Below the pieces are notes generated by a model. It ran no database searches. It saw nothing but the letters and a program-made list of their open reading frames with translations, and had not been told where the DNA came from. Shown piece after piece: positions 1 to 10,576 of a stretch of DNA of 64,000 nucleotides (its first letter is position 1; each line of letters begins with the position of its first letter). Source of the DNA: a virus (taxonomy: Duplodnaviria > Caudoviricetes); IMG/VR virus record IMGVR_UViG_3300028048_003227, positions 32,001-96,000 of that record, one strand, 5' to 3'. The translations under genes were made by a program, and so were the position numbers.

Positions 1-2
1 GT

Positions 3-785
3 GATGGTTCTCATGCCGAAGGTGGTAAAACAGTATCTGAAGGTAATTTCTCTCATGCAGAAGGCTATTCAACTATTGCTAATGAAAGCAATTCTCATGC
101 TGAGGGCCAAAATAGCAGAACTGGTGGTGAAACAAGACCATCACTTGGCGGTACAAATGGCGCACAAAATTCACATGCTGAAGGTAGCGGGACTTGGGCT
201 AATGGTCTAGGTGCTCACAGCGAGGGAGGTCATACTGTTGCGTCTGGCAACTACTCTCATGCAGAAGGTTATGAAACACAAGCAGGTGGTCTGACAAAAC
301 TTGGTCCGAATTCACATACTGAAGGATTTAAGACTGCTACTGGCGATACAACATTATTTGATACGACATCAGCAAACACTAATGCAACTCCGGGGGCACA
401 TGCTCATGCTGAAGGAAATGTAACGGTGGCTATAGGTCGAGGTAGCCATGCTGAAGGCGAAAAAACCAAAGCGGAAGGCATAGCATCTCATGCAGAAGGT
501 TTAGACACAAGGGCTTTTAATGAGGCTGAACACGCTGAAGGTGCCTACAATAGGTCCAATACAGGAAACTCGACCGCACAAAAAACAAGACATTCTGTTG
601 GTATAGGAACGTCCACTACTAGGAAGAATGCATTTGAAATAATGCAGAATGGAGAAATATATATTTGTGGTGTTGGTGGATATAATGGCACAAATCCGAC
701 AACTAAAGTTAATTCCCTTCAGAAGGTTCTTGAATCCATTGGTGTCACAATTGATTGGACTGTGTTGGGTTATCCAAATAATTAA
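3..785 (+). CDS. HAEG-repeat (YadA-head-like) tail fibre/adhesin, C-terminal part; 5' end lies outside the window
   Basis: Frame 3 is open from base 3 and is in frame with ORF 426..785; many ~14-aa SHAEG repeats and a C-terminal 'RKNAFEIMQNG' segment. Confidence 0.7.
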   Translation, partial: DGSHAEGGKTVSEGNFSHAEGYSTIANESNSHAEGQNSRTGGETRPSLGGTNGAQNSHAEGSGTWANGLGAHSEGGHTVASGNYSHAEGYETQAGGLTKLGPNSHTEGFKTATGDTTLFDTTSANTNATPGAHAHAEGNVTVAIGRGSHAEGEKTKAEGIASHAEGLDTRAFNEAEHAEGAYNRSNTGNSTAQKTRHSVGIGTSTTRKNAFEIMQNGEIYICGVGGYNGTNPTTKVNSLQKVLESIGVTIDWTVLGYPNN

Positions 786-890
786 TATCTAACATATTAT
801 AACTTATTGATAATCAAGGTGTTAACATTGTGAAATGTTAACACCTATTATTTTGTCAAATAATTACCTTAAATAAATTAAATTAAAACT

Positions 891-2618
891 ATGTTATTAA
901 ACGAAAATTCACAGAAATGGTCTCAGATCATCACTGAAGAGCTCGGTGTAAAGAATACCGAAAAGCTCAACTGGATGGCTCAGTACGCTCAGAATCACGA
1001 GATCTTCGAAGGCCTGCAGGCTGGTGATCCTTCCGCTAACATCTATAGCACTCCGCTGAATACTCTCGGCATGGGTAACCCTCAGTTCCCTCAGGGTGTT
1101 GGTTATGCAAAGGGTTCCGGTATTGGTAACACTGGCTCAGACTTCCATGATCCTAACTACAAGGTTGGTAGTGGTGACATTCCTATGTCAACTCTGACTA
1201 TCGCTCTTGAAATTGCTGCTCAGACAATCGGTCTTGAGCTCGTTCCCGTTATCCCTGCAAACGGTCCTTGGGCTATGCTCTCATATCTCGACTTCCCTTA
1301 TGCTGGTGGTAAGCTCGGCAAGCTCAACGAAACTGCTCTTGATGGCAAGGGTGAAGGTGATGCTAACAAGCCTATCTATATTAAGGTTCGTTACTCTGTT
1401 GTTTATGCAGAAGGTAAGTCCAAGAAAGACTTCAAGGTTGGTGACGACTTAGTCTTCACTTCAAGCGCCGGTGTATTCACAGGTTCCTTCCTTGGTTTCT
1501 CTCGTATTGACAATGGTATCATCGTAAAGGTGGTTTCCGCAGTTAGTGGTTCAGATCCTGTTTCCATCGCAGACGTGTTCAGTGCTGATGTAACTCTTTC
1601 TTCTACCGCTGCTGCTGCAGTTCTTGGTACTCAGACCGCACAGGCTGTAACTCCTGACCTCGTAAGTGGTGCAGCTGATCATATCCAGGGCTTTGGTAAC
1701 TTCGCTACCGGTTCTGACGATCCTATGACCCGTGCAGAAAACGAAACTGGTGTTGGTAACACTATCGGTGCTCGCCTCTTCACCAAGCTCGTTCAGATGG
1801 GTGCATACGAAGTTACTGGTTCTGTAACTCGTCAGCAACTCCAGGATATGCCTCTCTATGGTATTGATGTTATTGGTAAGGTTCTCCAGGCTATGCAGAA
1901 CGAAATCAGCCAGGATATCAACAACCGTATTCTTGACCGTGTCTTCAAGCTTGGTGTAACTAATGCTAAGATCCAGAAAGAATATCAGGGTGCTGATCTT
2001 AACCTTTACTTTGGTGCTTCTCTGAATGCTACTAAGGCTCTCTCCGCATTCGCAGCTGCAAGCAAGTTCGTCGGTATTGATGGTCAGAATGCTGCTACTG
2101 GTTGGGGTGATGTTAAGAACGCTACTCAGAACACTTCCGCAGAAAACACTTACACACATCAGCGTCGTATTGCTAGCCGCGTTCTTGCTGCTGCTAACCT
2201 GATCGCTAATGTAAGCCGTTTCGGTCGCGCTAACTGGGTTGTTACTAACACTCAGATTGTGTCCGCTCTCCAGGATTGCGCTGGTTTCGTAGTTGCTCCT
2301 GCAGCTAACGACCTCGTCCAGGATGGTTCTCGTTCACTGTACTTCGCAGGTACCCTCATGGGTCTCTCCGTGTACGTTGATCCATTCATGACTTGGGATG
2401 ACTGCCGCGTCTGCGTAGGTCGCAAATCAGACGGGAATACACCGGGTGTGGTATTTATGCCTTACATCCTTGCTGATACCGTTCAGACAATTGTTGAAGG
2501 TACAATGGCTCCTAAGCTCTTAGTGAACAGCCGTTACGCTCTCGTTGACGCTGGTTTCCACCCTGAGCAGAACTACCTCACCTTCATGATTGATGCAGAT
2601 GGTGCATACCTTCTCTAA
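891..2618 (+). CDS. gp23: Major capsid protein, T4 gp23-like
   Basis: 575 aa; 'NEISQDINNRIL', 'GRANWVVT', 'VYVDP', 'GVVFMPY', 'MAPKLLVNSRYAL' match gp23 motifs; strongly biased codon usage; terminator follows. Confidence 0.93.
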   Translation: MLLNENSQKWSQIITEELGVKNTEKLNWMAQYAQNHEIFEGLQAGDPSANIYSTPLNTLGMGNPQFPQGVGYAKGSGIGNTGSDFHDPNYKVGSGDIPMSTLTIALEIAAQTIGLELVPVIPANGPWAMLSYLDFPYAGGKLGKLNETALDGKGEGDANKPIYIKVRYSVVYAEGKSKKDFKVGDDLVFTSSAGVFTGSFLGFSRIDNGIIVKVVSAVSGSDPVSIADVFSADVTLSSTAAAAVLGTQTAQAVTPDLVSGAADHIQGFGNFATGSDDPMTRAENETGVGNTIGARLFTKLVQMGAYEVTGSVTRQQLQDMPLYGIDVIGKVLQAMQNEISQDINNRILDRVFKLGVTNAKIQKEYQGADLNLYFGASLNATKALSAFAAASKFVGIDGQNAATGWGDVKNATQNTSAENTYTHQRRIASRVLAAANLIANVSRFGRANWVVTNTQIVSALQDCAGFVVAPAANDLVQDGSRSLYFAGTLMGLSVYVDPFMTWDDCRVCVGRKSDGNTPGVVFMPYILADTVQTIVEGTMAPKLLVNSRYALVDAGFHPEQNYLTFMIDADGAYLL

Positions 2619-2645
2619 TCGATCATAATTGATTAAAAACTAATG

Positions 2646-2675
2646 AATTCCTCGGTTTCGGCCGAGGAATTTTTT
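2646..2675 (+). terminator. Rho-independent terminator after capsid gene
   Basis: AATTCCTCGG-TTTCGG-CCGAGGAATT followed by a T-run. Confidence 0.85.
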
Positions 2676-2765
2676 GTCATTAATAATGATGCTGTTTAAA
2701 AAATTGTATAAAAGATTTAACAGAAATAGTTTAAATAATCGTATATTCTTAAATATTATTTATAT

Positions 2766-4085
2766 ATGAATATACCAGATATAACAACCTTAAAAGGAAT
2801 TCAATTTACAGAGAAACATTTTAAGTTTCATTATCCCGAATTTCTTGAATTTCTTAACGATAAATATAAAGACACACAATTAACATTTCAAGAAAAACTT
2901 TATTGGTATTTTAATAACATCACTGAAAAACCAAAATGTAAATATTGCGGTGATGAAACTAGATTTGAAAATGCTCTTAAGGGATATAGAGAATATTGTT
3001 CTTATAAATGTCTTAATTCCGACCCTGATAAGAAAAAGAAAGTTGAGAAAACTTGTTTAGAAAAATTCGGAACAAAAGCTCCCGCTCAAAATAGGTCGGT
3101 TGTTTATAAAATGGAACAAACTAATTTGAAGAGGTATGGTGTCAAAAACGCTATGCAAAATAAAAACATAGCGAAAAAATCTCATGAAATGTATATTGAT
3201 AAATATGGTGGGTTAGGTAATTCTAGTGAGGTTATAAGGGAAAAATATAAAGAAACTACACAAAAACGATATGGTGTTGACAATTATGCATCGACTTCAG
3301 AATGTCGTGAAAAAATAAAAGAAACATGTCTTGATAAGTACGGTGTTGATAGTTATAGTAAAACTGATAACTTCAAAAAAAGGATTGTTAATTATAACTT
3401 AAAAAAGTACGGTACAAATAGTTATACTCAAACAGACGAATATAAAGAAAAAACATTAAATACAAATAAGGAAAAGTTTGGAGTTGATCATTATTCAAAA
3501 ACAGATGAATATAAAGAAAGAGTAAAGCAAACTTGCATGAAAAGGTATGGTGTTGAAAATATTATGGGGGTTGATGGAATTAAAGAAAAAATAAAACAAG
3601 GTTATTTTGATCATTATGGGGTAGAACATTATGCCAAATCAAAAGAATTTTATGAAAATCTCCCAAGTATATTACAAAAAATTCACGACACCAAAAAACT
3701 CAATCACACATTCAATAGTTCAGCGATAGAAGAAGCGCTCGCTGCGTGGTTAACAGAGAATAACATCGACTTTGAAAGACAGTATCGCTGCTCTGAGTAT
3801 CCTTTTAATTGTGATTTCTACTTTCCTTCAACTCATCTCTTTCTTGAGATACAAGGTAGTTGGACTCATGGTGGACATCCATTTGACTCAACCAATCCAG
3901 ATGATCAAGCAGAACTTCAAAAGATGATTGACAAAAACTCCGATTTTTACAACACTGCTATAGAAACCTGGACCGTTCGTGATCCACTTAAAAGAAAAAT
4001 AGCACACGAAAACGGACTTAATTGGATTGAAGTATTTACGAATGATATAAATGTATTGATAGAAAATGTTAAAAGTAAAATTTGA
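2766..4085 (+). CDS. Putative free-standing homing endonuclease (KYG repeats plus C-terminal PD-(D/E)xK/Vsr-like domain)
   Basis: CxxC...YCS zinc ribbon, repeated 'T.L.KYGV' units, C-terminal 'CDFY...LEIQGSWTH'. Confidence 0.7.
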   Translation: MNIPDITTLKGIQFTEKHFKFHYPEFLEFLNDKYKDTQLTFQEKLYWYFNNITEKPKCKYCGDETRFENALKGYREYCSYKCLNSDPDKKKKVEKTCLEKFGTKAPAQNRSVVYKMEQTNLKRYGVKNAMQNKNIAKKSHEMYIDKYGGLGNSSEVIREKYKETTQKRYGVDNYASTSECREKIKETCLDKYGVDSYSKTDNFKKRIVNYNLKKYGTNSYTQTDEYKEKTLNTNKEKFGVDHYSKTDEYKERVKQTCMKRYGVENIMGVDGIKEKIKQGYFDHYGVEHYAKSKEFYENLPSILQKIHDTKKLNHTFNSSAIEEALAAWLTENNIDFERQYRCSEYPFNCDFYFPSTHLFLEIQGSWTHGGHPFDSTNPDDQAELQKMIDKNSDFYNTAIETWTVRDPLKRKIAHENGLNWIEVFTNDINVLIENVKSKI

Positions 4086-4941
4086 ATTCCCTGGGATTGA
4101 CCCTGATCTCAACTGGACCCTCACTAATGAGGAAGTATATAATGAATTTTTCTGGTATCTCGACCACCCTGAAGGTGAGTTGACTTTGAGGTGTAATAGA
4201 AATAAAATTGTCAAATTATTTCAACAGGATACATTTTATAAGAAAGAAAAGGAGCTTTGGAAGGATGATAAAATAAAAAGAAAACTCATTCTCAACAGAA
4301 TGAAGTATCTCGATAAAAAACCTGAGGAACTCACTACATATGATATTCTCAGTGGATTTAAGAAAAGCGCTATGTGGTATGGATATAGCGGATTTAATCC
4401 TCAACTTTGTAAATGGTTTTATCAGTGGGTTGAAGATAATGTAGGAATATCCATGAAGGATCAGGTATGTTATGATCCTTGTGGAGGATGGGGAAATAGG
4501 ATGTTGGGTTCCACAGAGATAAAGAAATATATTTATAATGACTTATCTGCAGGAACTTATGATGGAGTAAAGAGAATGAAAGATATATTCGAATTCTTTA
4601 ACGCAGAACTCCATAATAAAGACGCCCGAACGTTCGTCCCAGACGATAATTATAACGTTATGTTCACTTGCCCCCCATACTATAATCTTGAAGAGTATGA
4701 ATGTGGTGGGTTTAAGGATATGGATGATTTTCGAGGATTTATGAATAGTCTTTATGATAAGTATCTGAGTAAAGATAGTTGTAAAGTATTTGGAATGGTT
4801 ATGAGAGAAGATCTTATGACGTTACCTGATCCAAATTATAAATTTGAATTATCAAATAACCGTGCGGTTCATCTTAACGGAGAGACTGAACACCAAAATA
4901 AAGAATATTTATATATTTGGACTAAAAAAGGAGATCAATAA
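4066..4941 (+). CDS. DNA amino-methyltransferase (N4-C/N6-A type)
   Basis: SAM-binding motif 'YDPCGGWG' and catalytic 'FTCPPY'. Confidence 0.8.
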   Translation: MLKVKFEFPGIDPDLNWTLTNEEVYNEFFWYLDHPEGELTLRCNRNKIVKLFQQDTFYKKEKELWKDDKIKRKLILNRMKYLDKKPEELTTYDILSGFKKSAMWYGYSGFNPQLCKWFYQWVEDNVGISMKDQVCYDPCGGWGNRMLGSTEIKKYIYNDLSAGTYDGVKRMKDIFEFFNAELHNKDARTFVPDDNYNVMFTCPPYYNLEEYECGGFKDMDDFRGFMNSLYDKYLSKDSCKVFGMVMREDLMTLPDPNYKFELSNNRAVHLNGETEHQNKEYLYIWTKKGDQ

Positions 4942-5347
4942 GATCTCCTTTTTCTATTTTCTTCCTATAATAATGAAATTGACTAGTCGAATTATTTATT
5001 TTACCTATAATTCGTTCCTTTACAATTAGGGAATCCTTACTCATAGGAACATAATCTATATCTTCTTTCGAATTCCATTCATTCCATCTTTCACTTTTAT
5101 CTTTTATACCAGTGAATCCTCTTTTGATACACTCTTGATGAAGTTCCTGATACCTCTTCAAGGTCCAGGTCTTTTTATTCATAAAAAACGAAATATGACC
5201 TTTATTAAGAGTGAACTGTGAGGGAATAACTGATTTACCTTTCCATACTTTATTATAAAATCCCGGACACATGGCGATCTCCGCTTCTTCGGCTCTCAAA
5301 TGTTCATCGCTTAGGTTCTTTACTGGTATTCCTACGTTAATCCTCAT
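4922..5347 (-). CDS. denV: Pyrimidine-dimer DNA glycosylase / endonuclease V
   Basis: From the internal ATG: 'MRINV...LSDEHLRAE...IPSQFTLNKGHISFF...RYQELHQECIKRGF', closely resembling T4 DenV. Confidence 0.88.
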   Translation of the reverse strand: MRINVGIPVKNLSDEHLRAEEAEIAMCPGFYNKVWKGKSVIPSQFTLNKGHISFFMNKKTWTLKRYQELHQECIKRGFTGIKDKSERWNEWNSKEDIDYVPMSKDSLIVKERIIGKINNSTSQFHYYRKKIEKGDLIDLLF

Positions 5348-5372
5348 CTTATGTTTATGATTATGTTTATAT

Positions 5373-7169
5373 TTAACAAATATTAAGAGTATATTTAGTA
5401 GTACCACAATCATATATTTTACAATATCCTTTATTCAACATTATGATTTCTTCCGTTAGATTCGGATCTTCCCCACTCCTTACAAGATCTCTTTTATTAA
5501 ACGAATATCTATGATACCTCTGATATGTATGTGGATTAATATACCAATATGAATCGTTATGAGACCCTTCTTCAAATCCAAGATTTTTGTACAGTGTCCC
5601 ATTACTAATATCATTCGATGCAAACGAGTTAATGGATTCAGGAGAATAATGATTTATAAAATATTTTAACAACCTCATCGCTCCTCCAATAACCTGTGTG
5701 TGTAATGATGAACAAAATCGAGATAAAGTCCATTGTTCTTTACTACCCATAAACCCGCTGTTGTTTTTAGTAAAAGTCATAACAGCAACTAATTCATTTT
5801 TATAATATAGTCCTATTCTCACATTAGATTTGACCCTTCCTTGGATGTGATTTTTATTAAGAAATTCGCTGCATACACCAGGATCTATTTCTTTTATTTT
5901 ACAACTCCTCGCTCCTATTCTTTTACTGTATATTCCGAGTTTAGATAATATAATAGAATCTACTATATCTCTTTTATTTACATCCCAATCCTGCCATATA
6001 GTTAATAATTGTATTCCTTTTTCCCTACACATCAACATTTTATTATAGTGATAATCTTTAATTTTATGTCGTGTTGAATGCCAATACACACCATTACATT
6101 CAATGGCAATGCGATGAGACGGAATATATACATCTAATTCTAATCCATTTAAAATTGATTTTGTATTTACCACATATTCAATATTATATCTATTCAGCAA
6201 TTCGCGTACGTGGATTTCTTGAGAAGTTCCCGAATTATGTCCGGATTTAATTGGCATTTTGATAGAACACATTTCTGTATAATCGCGCGTTCGATCATAA
6301 TACACAGTTGATGGTAATTCAAAATATTTATTTTTACACAACTGACAATTTTCATCATTACATTTGATTTTGAACCAAGTAACCAGCTTATTATTGTATT
6401 CTTTTTCAAACACATCCAAAACAGATAAATTATTGTTCAAAATACGATATTTATAATTTAATTGTTTTGTTTTATTAGCTTTTGTTTTAATGCCATCCAC
6501 TTGCATCGCATACACACTCCCATACTTCTCAAGACAAGTTTGTTTAGATTTTTCTTTTACTGATTCAGATTGACAAAAAAGTCCACCATTGTTTTTGATG
6601 TATGTATTTTTTATTTTTTCTTTTATTTCAGGACATTTTGATGGATGATTCACACCATACTTTTTTAACCACCCCTCTTTTATATCATCTCGTTTACCAT
6701 CAATATTAAATCCAACAATTACCCCATATTTATTCAGCATGGTTTGATTTTGTTTCTCCTTCACTGATTCTGATGCATTACCCATTCCACCATTGTTTTT
6801 GATATAAGTTGATATAACTTTATCTTTTATGATTTTCGATTCTGCTGGTGTTTTTGTTCCCCAATTTTTAAGATTTGTTTCTTCCTTTTTTTGTTTCACT
6901 CGGGGATCAGAATTAGAACATTTTAATGAACAATATTTCTGAAACCCTCGTTTATAATCAAGAAATACTGTTTCTTTTCCACACACCGGACATACATGCG
7001 GTGAATCCATATTGTTGAAATACATATAAAGATATGCCGGAAATTTAGATTGAAGGTAATTTTTATATTTACTTAATATCCATTCATAAAATTCCGGATA
7101 ATGTTTTTTAATATATAATTTGCCAAATTGATTTGGATTTTTTAAATCATCTATTTGAGGTATATTCAT
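5373..7169 (-). CDS. Hef-like homing endonuclease with KYG repeats
   Basis: 'ELDVYIP...IAIECNGVYWHS' and 'IGARSCKIKEI...FLNKNHIQG...IYDCG'. Confidence 0.78.
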   Translation of the reverse strand: MNIPQIDDLKNPNQFGKLYIKKHYPEFYEWILSKYKNYLQSKFPAYLYMYFNNMDSPHVCPVCGKETVFLDYKRGFQKYCSLKCSNSDPRVKQKKEETNLKNWGTKTPAESKIIKDKVISTYIKNNGGMGNASESVKEKQNQTMLNKYGVIVGFNIDGKRDDIKEGWLKKYGVNHPSKCPEIKEKIKNTYIKNNGGLFCQSESVKEKSKQTCLEKYGSVYAMQVDGIKTKANKTKQLNYKYRILNNNLSVLDVFEKEYNNKLVTWFKIKCNDENCQLCKNKYFELPSTVYYDRTRDYTEMCSIKMPIKSGHNSGTSQEIHVRELLNRYNIEYVVNTKSILNGLELDVYIPSHRIAIECNGVYWHSTRHKIKDYHYNKMLMCREKGIQLLTIWQDWDVNKRDIVDSIILSKLGIYSKRIGARSCKIKEIDPGVCSEFLNKNHIQGRVKSNVRIGLYYKNELVAVMTFTKNNSGFMGSKEQWTLSRFCSSLHTQVIGGAMRLLKYFINHYSPESINSFASNDISNGTLYKNLGFEEGSHNDSYWYINPHTYQRYHRYSFNKRDLVRSGEDPNLTEEIIMLNKGYCKIYDCGTTKYTLNIC

Positions 7170-7269
7170 AACTACAAATTGTTTATATAAATAATATATA
7201 TAGCAAACAATTTAATTAAACATTATTATGGTTATTATTATTAAATTAAATAAATAAATTTATAAGAAT

Positions 7270-7842
7270 ATGGCATTACCTCATATAACTAATTCACAAG
7301 CGGGTGTTAACCGCTGGGATCCGGTACATAGTTCGCTTTTTGAAGTATATTTCACTATTCCCGAAGCACTCCGTGAAGAGTTCGGTCAGGATGAAGCAGT
7401 CATCACCGAACATGTCCTTAGCATATCTGGGCTTGAAGCAATTCACCGTACTGCTGATACCGGTACACAAAAATTCATGGGTACAACCCGTTCGTATATT
7501 AATCCTAAACTTGACAATACCTCTGCAGAACTGGAAGTGAAGTTCTCTCTTAACCTCCGTAACGGAACCGATAACTTCATTTATAAACTCTTTAAGGCTT
7601 GGTCAAAACTAGGTTATGATATTGCTACTGGTTCTACTGTGCTGAAGAAATATTACGTAGCCGACACAATGGTCGTGGTTATTGGTAATCGCGCCGGTGA
7701 CATCTACGAAAAGATCACATTCAAAGATGTTATGCTTAACGGTTCTATTGATAGCTTAAACGAACTCAACTATGAATCAAATGATGCTATGGAACTGACA
7801 GCTAAGTTCAAGAGTGATTGGTGGACTGATCAAGATCTTTAA
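7270..7842 (+). CDS. Tail tube protein, T4 gp19-like
   Basis: 190 aa; 'LFEVYF...FKAW...ELNYESNDAMELTAKFKSDWW' tube-type C-terminus; close to capsid gene. Confidence 0.72.
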   Translation: MALPHITNSQAGVNRWDPVHSSLFEVYFTIPEALREEFGQDEAVITEHVLSISGLEAIHRTADTGTQKFMGTTRSYINPKLDNTSAELEVKFSLNLRNGTDNFIYKLFKAWSKLGYDIATGSTVLKKYYVADTMVVVIGNRAGDIYEKITFKDVMLNGSIDSLNELNYESNDAMELTAKFKSDWWTDQDL

Positions 7843-7976
7843 TATTTGCTATCAAAACTCGCGTATTTTAAACTTTATCGAGAGAGGTGATATAATTTAT
7901 CATCTCTCTTTTTTAACTCTCTTAAATCGCATAAAAATCAATTTAAATTAAAAACTATCATTTTATATATTTTATC

Positions 7977-8933
7977 ATGATGAATAAAGATGTAAAAGTA
8001 ATTGACCTTAAGAGGTCTTATGATAAGGACTTTGTCCCCTCACAGGAGTATCTGGATTCGATGCCGGATCTCCAGAATGGTGAGTTTACAGGATTAGCTA
8101 TCCCATTTGTTGGTATTCAAAATTTCAAAGTACCAGTAACTGTTCGTCAAAAGGATGGTGGTACACAACAGGTGCTTGCAACTATCTATGCAGAAAACGA
8201 TCTGGATAGTGAACATTTTGGTATCAATATGAGTAGACTTATTCGAGAATGGATACCAACAAGAGATGTTATATTTGATATAAACAGACTTGAAGGTATT
8301 CTCCGAGATTATCAAAAGAAAATGAATTCTTTTGATGCACATGTATTAATGAATTTTCCTTATTATCTTTGGTTACCTTCGTTAAGAAGTCGCGACGAAA
8401 ATGGAAATCTTAATGGTGGTTATCAGGTGTATAATGTTACATTTGATTGTAATATTGATAAGAATGGAGAATTTAAGAAAGTTGTGATTGTAGACTACAT
8501 ATACCAATCAGTTTGCACATGTAGCACTGCACTTGCACAGCATGCTGCTATTACTCGTGGTGTTTACGCAGCACCTCACAACCAGAGAAGCGTGTGTCGA
8601 GTATCTGTGGAATCTGAGGAAATTATTTGGATCGAAGATATTATTGAACATTGTAGGAAAGCTCTTCCCAATGAAACAATGGTATTTTGCAAACGCGAGG
8701 ATGAACAAGCTCATGGTGAGATGGGTGCTCAACCAATGTTTGTTGAAGAGGCTGTTAGAAGAATGGCGGAAGAATTGAATACCGATGAGAGGATTAGAGA
8801 TTGGAGAGTAGTATGTGTCCACCGAGAATCAATCCATAATTTTGATTGTCACTCGATTATAACAAAGGGTATTCCTGGCTCAATATTTAATCACCATATT
8901 AATATTGGAGAATATAAGGATTTGATGGTATAA
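7977..8933 (+). CDS. folE2: GTP cyclohydrolase IB (FolE2/MptA)
   Basis: 'PDLQ', 'VGI', 'GINMSRL', 'SVCTCS', 'PHNQRS', 'KREDE', 'FVEEAVR', 'ESIH'. Confidence 0.88.
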   Translation: MMNKDVKVIDLKRSYDKDFVPSQEYLDSMPDLQNGEFTGLAIPFVGIQNFKVPVTVRQKDGGTQQVLATIYAENDLDSEHFGINMSRLIREWIPTRDVIFDINRLEGILRDYQKKMNSFDAHVLMNFPYYLWLPSLRSRDENGNLNGGYQVYNVTFDCNIDKNGEFKKVVIVDYIYQSVCTCSTALAQHAAITRGVYAAPHNQRSVCRVSVESEEIIWIEDIIEHCRKALPNETMVFCKREDEQAHGEMGAQPMFVEEAVRRMAEELNTDERIRDWRVVCVHRESIHNFDCHSIITKGIPGSIFNHHINIGEYKDLMV

Positions 8934-8995
8934 ATCATTAAAAATATTTAATATTCAATGCAGAGATTTTATTATTTACATAAAGAATCTTTGCA

Positions 8996-10150
8996 TTGAA
9001 TATGTATACTCATAAGAAAATTCAAGAAGATATTAATTCGATTAATAGATTAAAATATCATTATTTATATAAAATAACAAATATAATAACCGGCGAATAT
9101 TACATTGGGATTCATTCCACAGACGATCTTGATGATGGATATTTTGGTTCCGGTAGATTATTAAAAAATTTAATTAGAGAATTTGGAAAAGATCAATTCA
9201 AAAAAGAAATTTTAAAATTTTGTAAAGATCGATTGGAATTACTTGATTGCGAAGAACAATACGTAAACGAAAACACATTAAATGATAAAAAATGTTTAAA
9301 TTTAATTTGCGGTGGGTTAGGGGCAAGTTATTATTCTACTAAAGGTACTACTACTGTCAGAAATCCAAAAACAGGAAAATGTTTCAATGTTAAAATTGAC
9401 GATCCACGACTAAAAACAGGAGAATTAATACACTCAACCAAAGGAAAAGTTACAGTATTTGATTCAAAATCTAATAAATTTATATCAATATCGACTGATG
9501 ATCCTCGATATATATCAGGGGAATTAAAAATGAAACTTTCTAAAAAATTTTCAGGGAAGGGTAGGACAATGATATATAATCGAACAACTAATGAATATAA
9601 ATGTATATATGCAAAGGAATTAAATGAATATTTAAAAAAAGGTTGGATCAAACAAAGTAAATGTAAAGGCCGTGTAAGTCCAACAAAAGGGATGGTTTGG
9701 GTGAGCAAAGGAGATGAAATGAAAATTATAAAAAAAGAGGAGTTACAATCATATTTGAATGATGGGTGGATAAATAAGAGAAATGTATCTCCATGCAAAG
9801 ACAAAATTGGTATTATAAAAAATGGTGTTAATAAATATGTCAATGTTGATAAATTACAATCTTATTTGGATGATGGTTGGGTTGAAGGTATGTCAACTCG
9901 AAATAAAGGAATGGTAACAGTATATGATCCTTTAAAACCTAATGAAAAATGTTTTTCAGTCACGAAGGATGATCCGAGATTTATATCAGGAGAATTAAAA
10001 TTAGCAGTATTTAAAAAATATAATATGGGGTTAGGAGGATCTTGTAAAGGATTAAAATATATCAATAAAGATGAAGTTATCAAAAGAGTAAAACCTGAAG
10101 AATTACAATCATATTTAAATGATGGATGGAGTTTAGGAATGAAAAAATAA
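8996..10150 (+). CDS. GIY-YIG (Seg-like) homing endonuclease
   Basis: 'YLYKITN...YYIGIHST...DGYFGSG' with repeated C-terminal modules. Confidence 0.85.
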   Translation: MNMYTHKKIQEDINSINRLKYHYLYKITNIITGEYYIGIHSTDDLDDGYFGSGRLLKNLIREFGKDQFKKEILKFCKDRLELLDCEEQYVNENTLNDKKCLNLICGGLGASYYSTKGTTTVRNPKTGKCFNVKIDDPRLKTGELIHSTKGKVTVFDSKSNKFISISTDDPRYISGELKMKLSKKFSGKGRTMIYNRTTNEYKCIYAKELNEYLKKGWIKQSKCKGRVSPTKGMVWVSKGDEMKIIKKEELQSYLNDGWINKRNVSPCKDKIGIIKNGVNKYVNVDKLQSYLDDGWVEGMSTRNKGMVTVYDPLKPNEKCFSVTKDDPRFISGELKLAVFKKYNMGLGGSCKGLKYINKDEVIKRVKPEELQSYLNDGWSLGMKK

Positions 10151-10181
10151 AATTTTTACTTACTTTTTGTTATATAAAATT

Positions 10182-10568
10182 ATGAAAACATTTAAAACTA
10201 TAGATGAAATCAAAACAGAACGACTTGCATATCGTTCAAATAAAACTATCTATAATCTTCTCAGTACATTGCTGGGTGAGTTAGATAGGCGTCCAAATCA
10301 AAATATCCCTGTAACTCCTGATGATATTTATAAAAATATCAAAAAACTCTATGAAGCATCTATTGAATGTGGTAATAGTGATGAAGAGACATACCTTGGA
10401 GAGTTTATTAAAAAACAACTCTCTGAAGACGAGATTAGGAGTATTATTAAAGATGTACAGTTAACAGATATTGGGAGTATAATGAAATATCTTAATATTA
10501 ATTATGCAGGACAATTTGACGGGCGTGTTGCAAGTACGGTAGCACGTGAGTATATAGCAAATAGATAG
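10182..10568 (+). CDS. GatB/YqeY domain protein
   Basis: 'KQLSEDEI...IGSIMKYL...YAGQFDGR'. Confidence 0.75.
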   Translation: MKTFKTIDEIKTERLAYRSNKTIYNLLSTLLGELDRRPNQNIPVTPDDIYKNIKKLYEASIECGNSDEETYLGEFIKKQLSEDEIRSIIKDVQLTDIGSIMKYLNINYAGQFDGRVASTVAREYIANR

Positions 10569-10576
10569 ATAAAATC

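Noticed and set aside
1-210. ORF 1..210 and the many short antisense or overlapping ORFs in the track, including those over tRNAs
   Set aside because: Shadow frames of better-supported genes or RNAs
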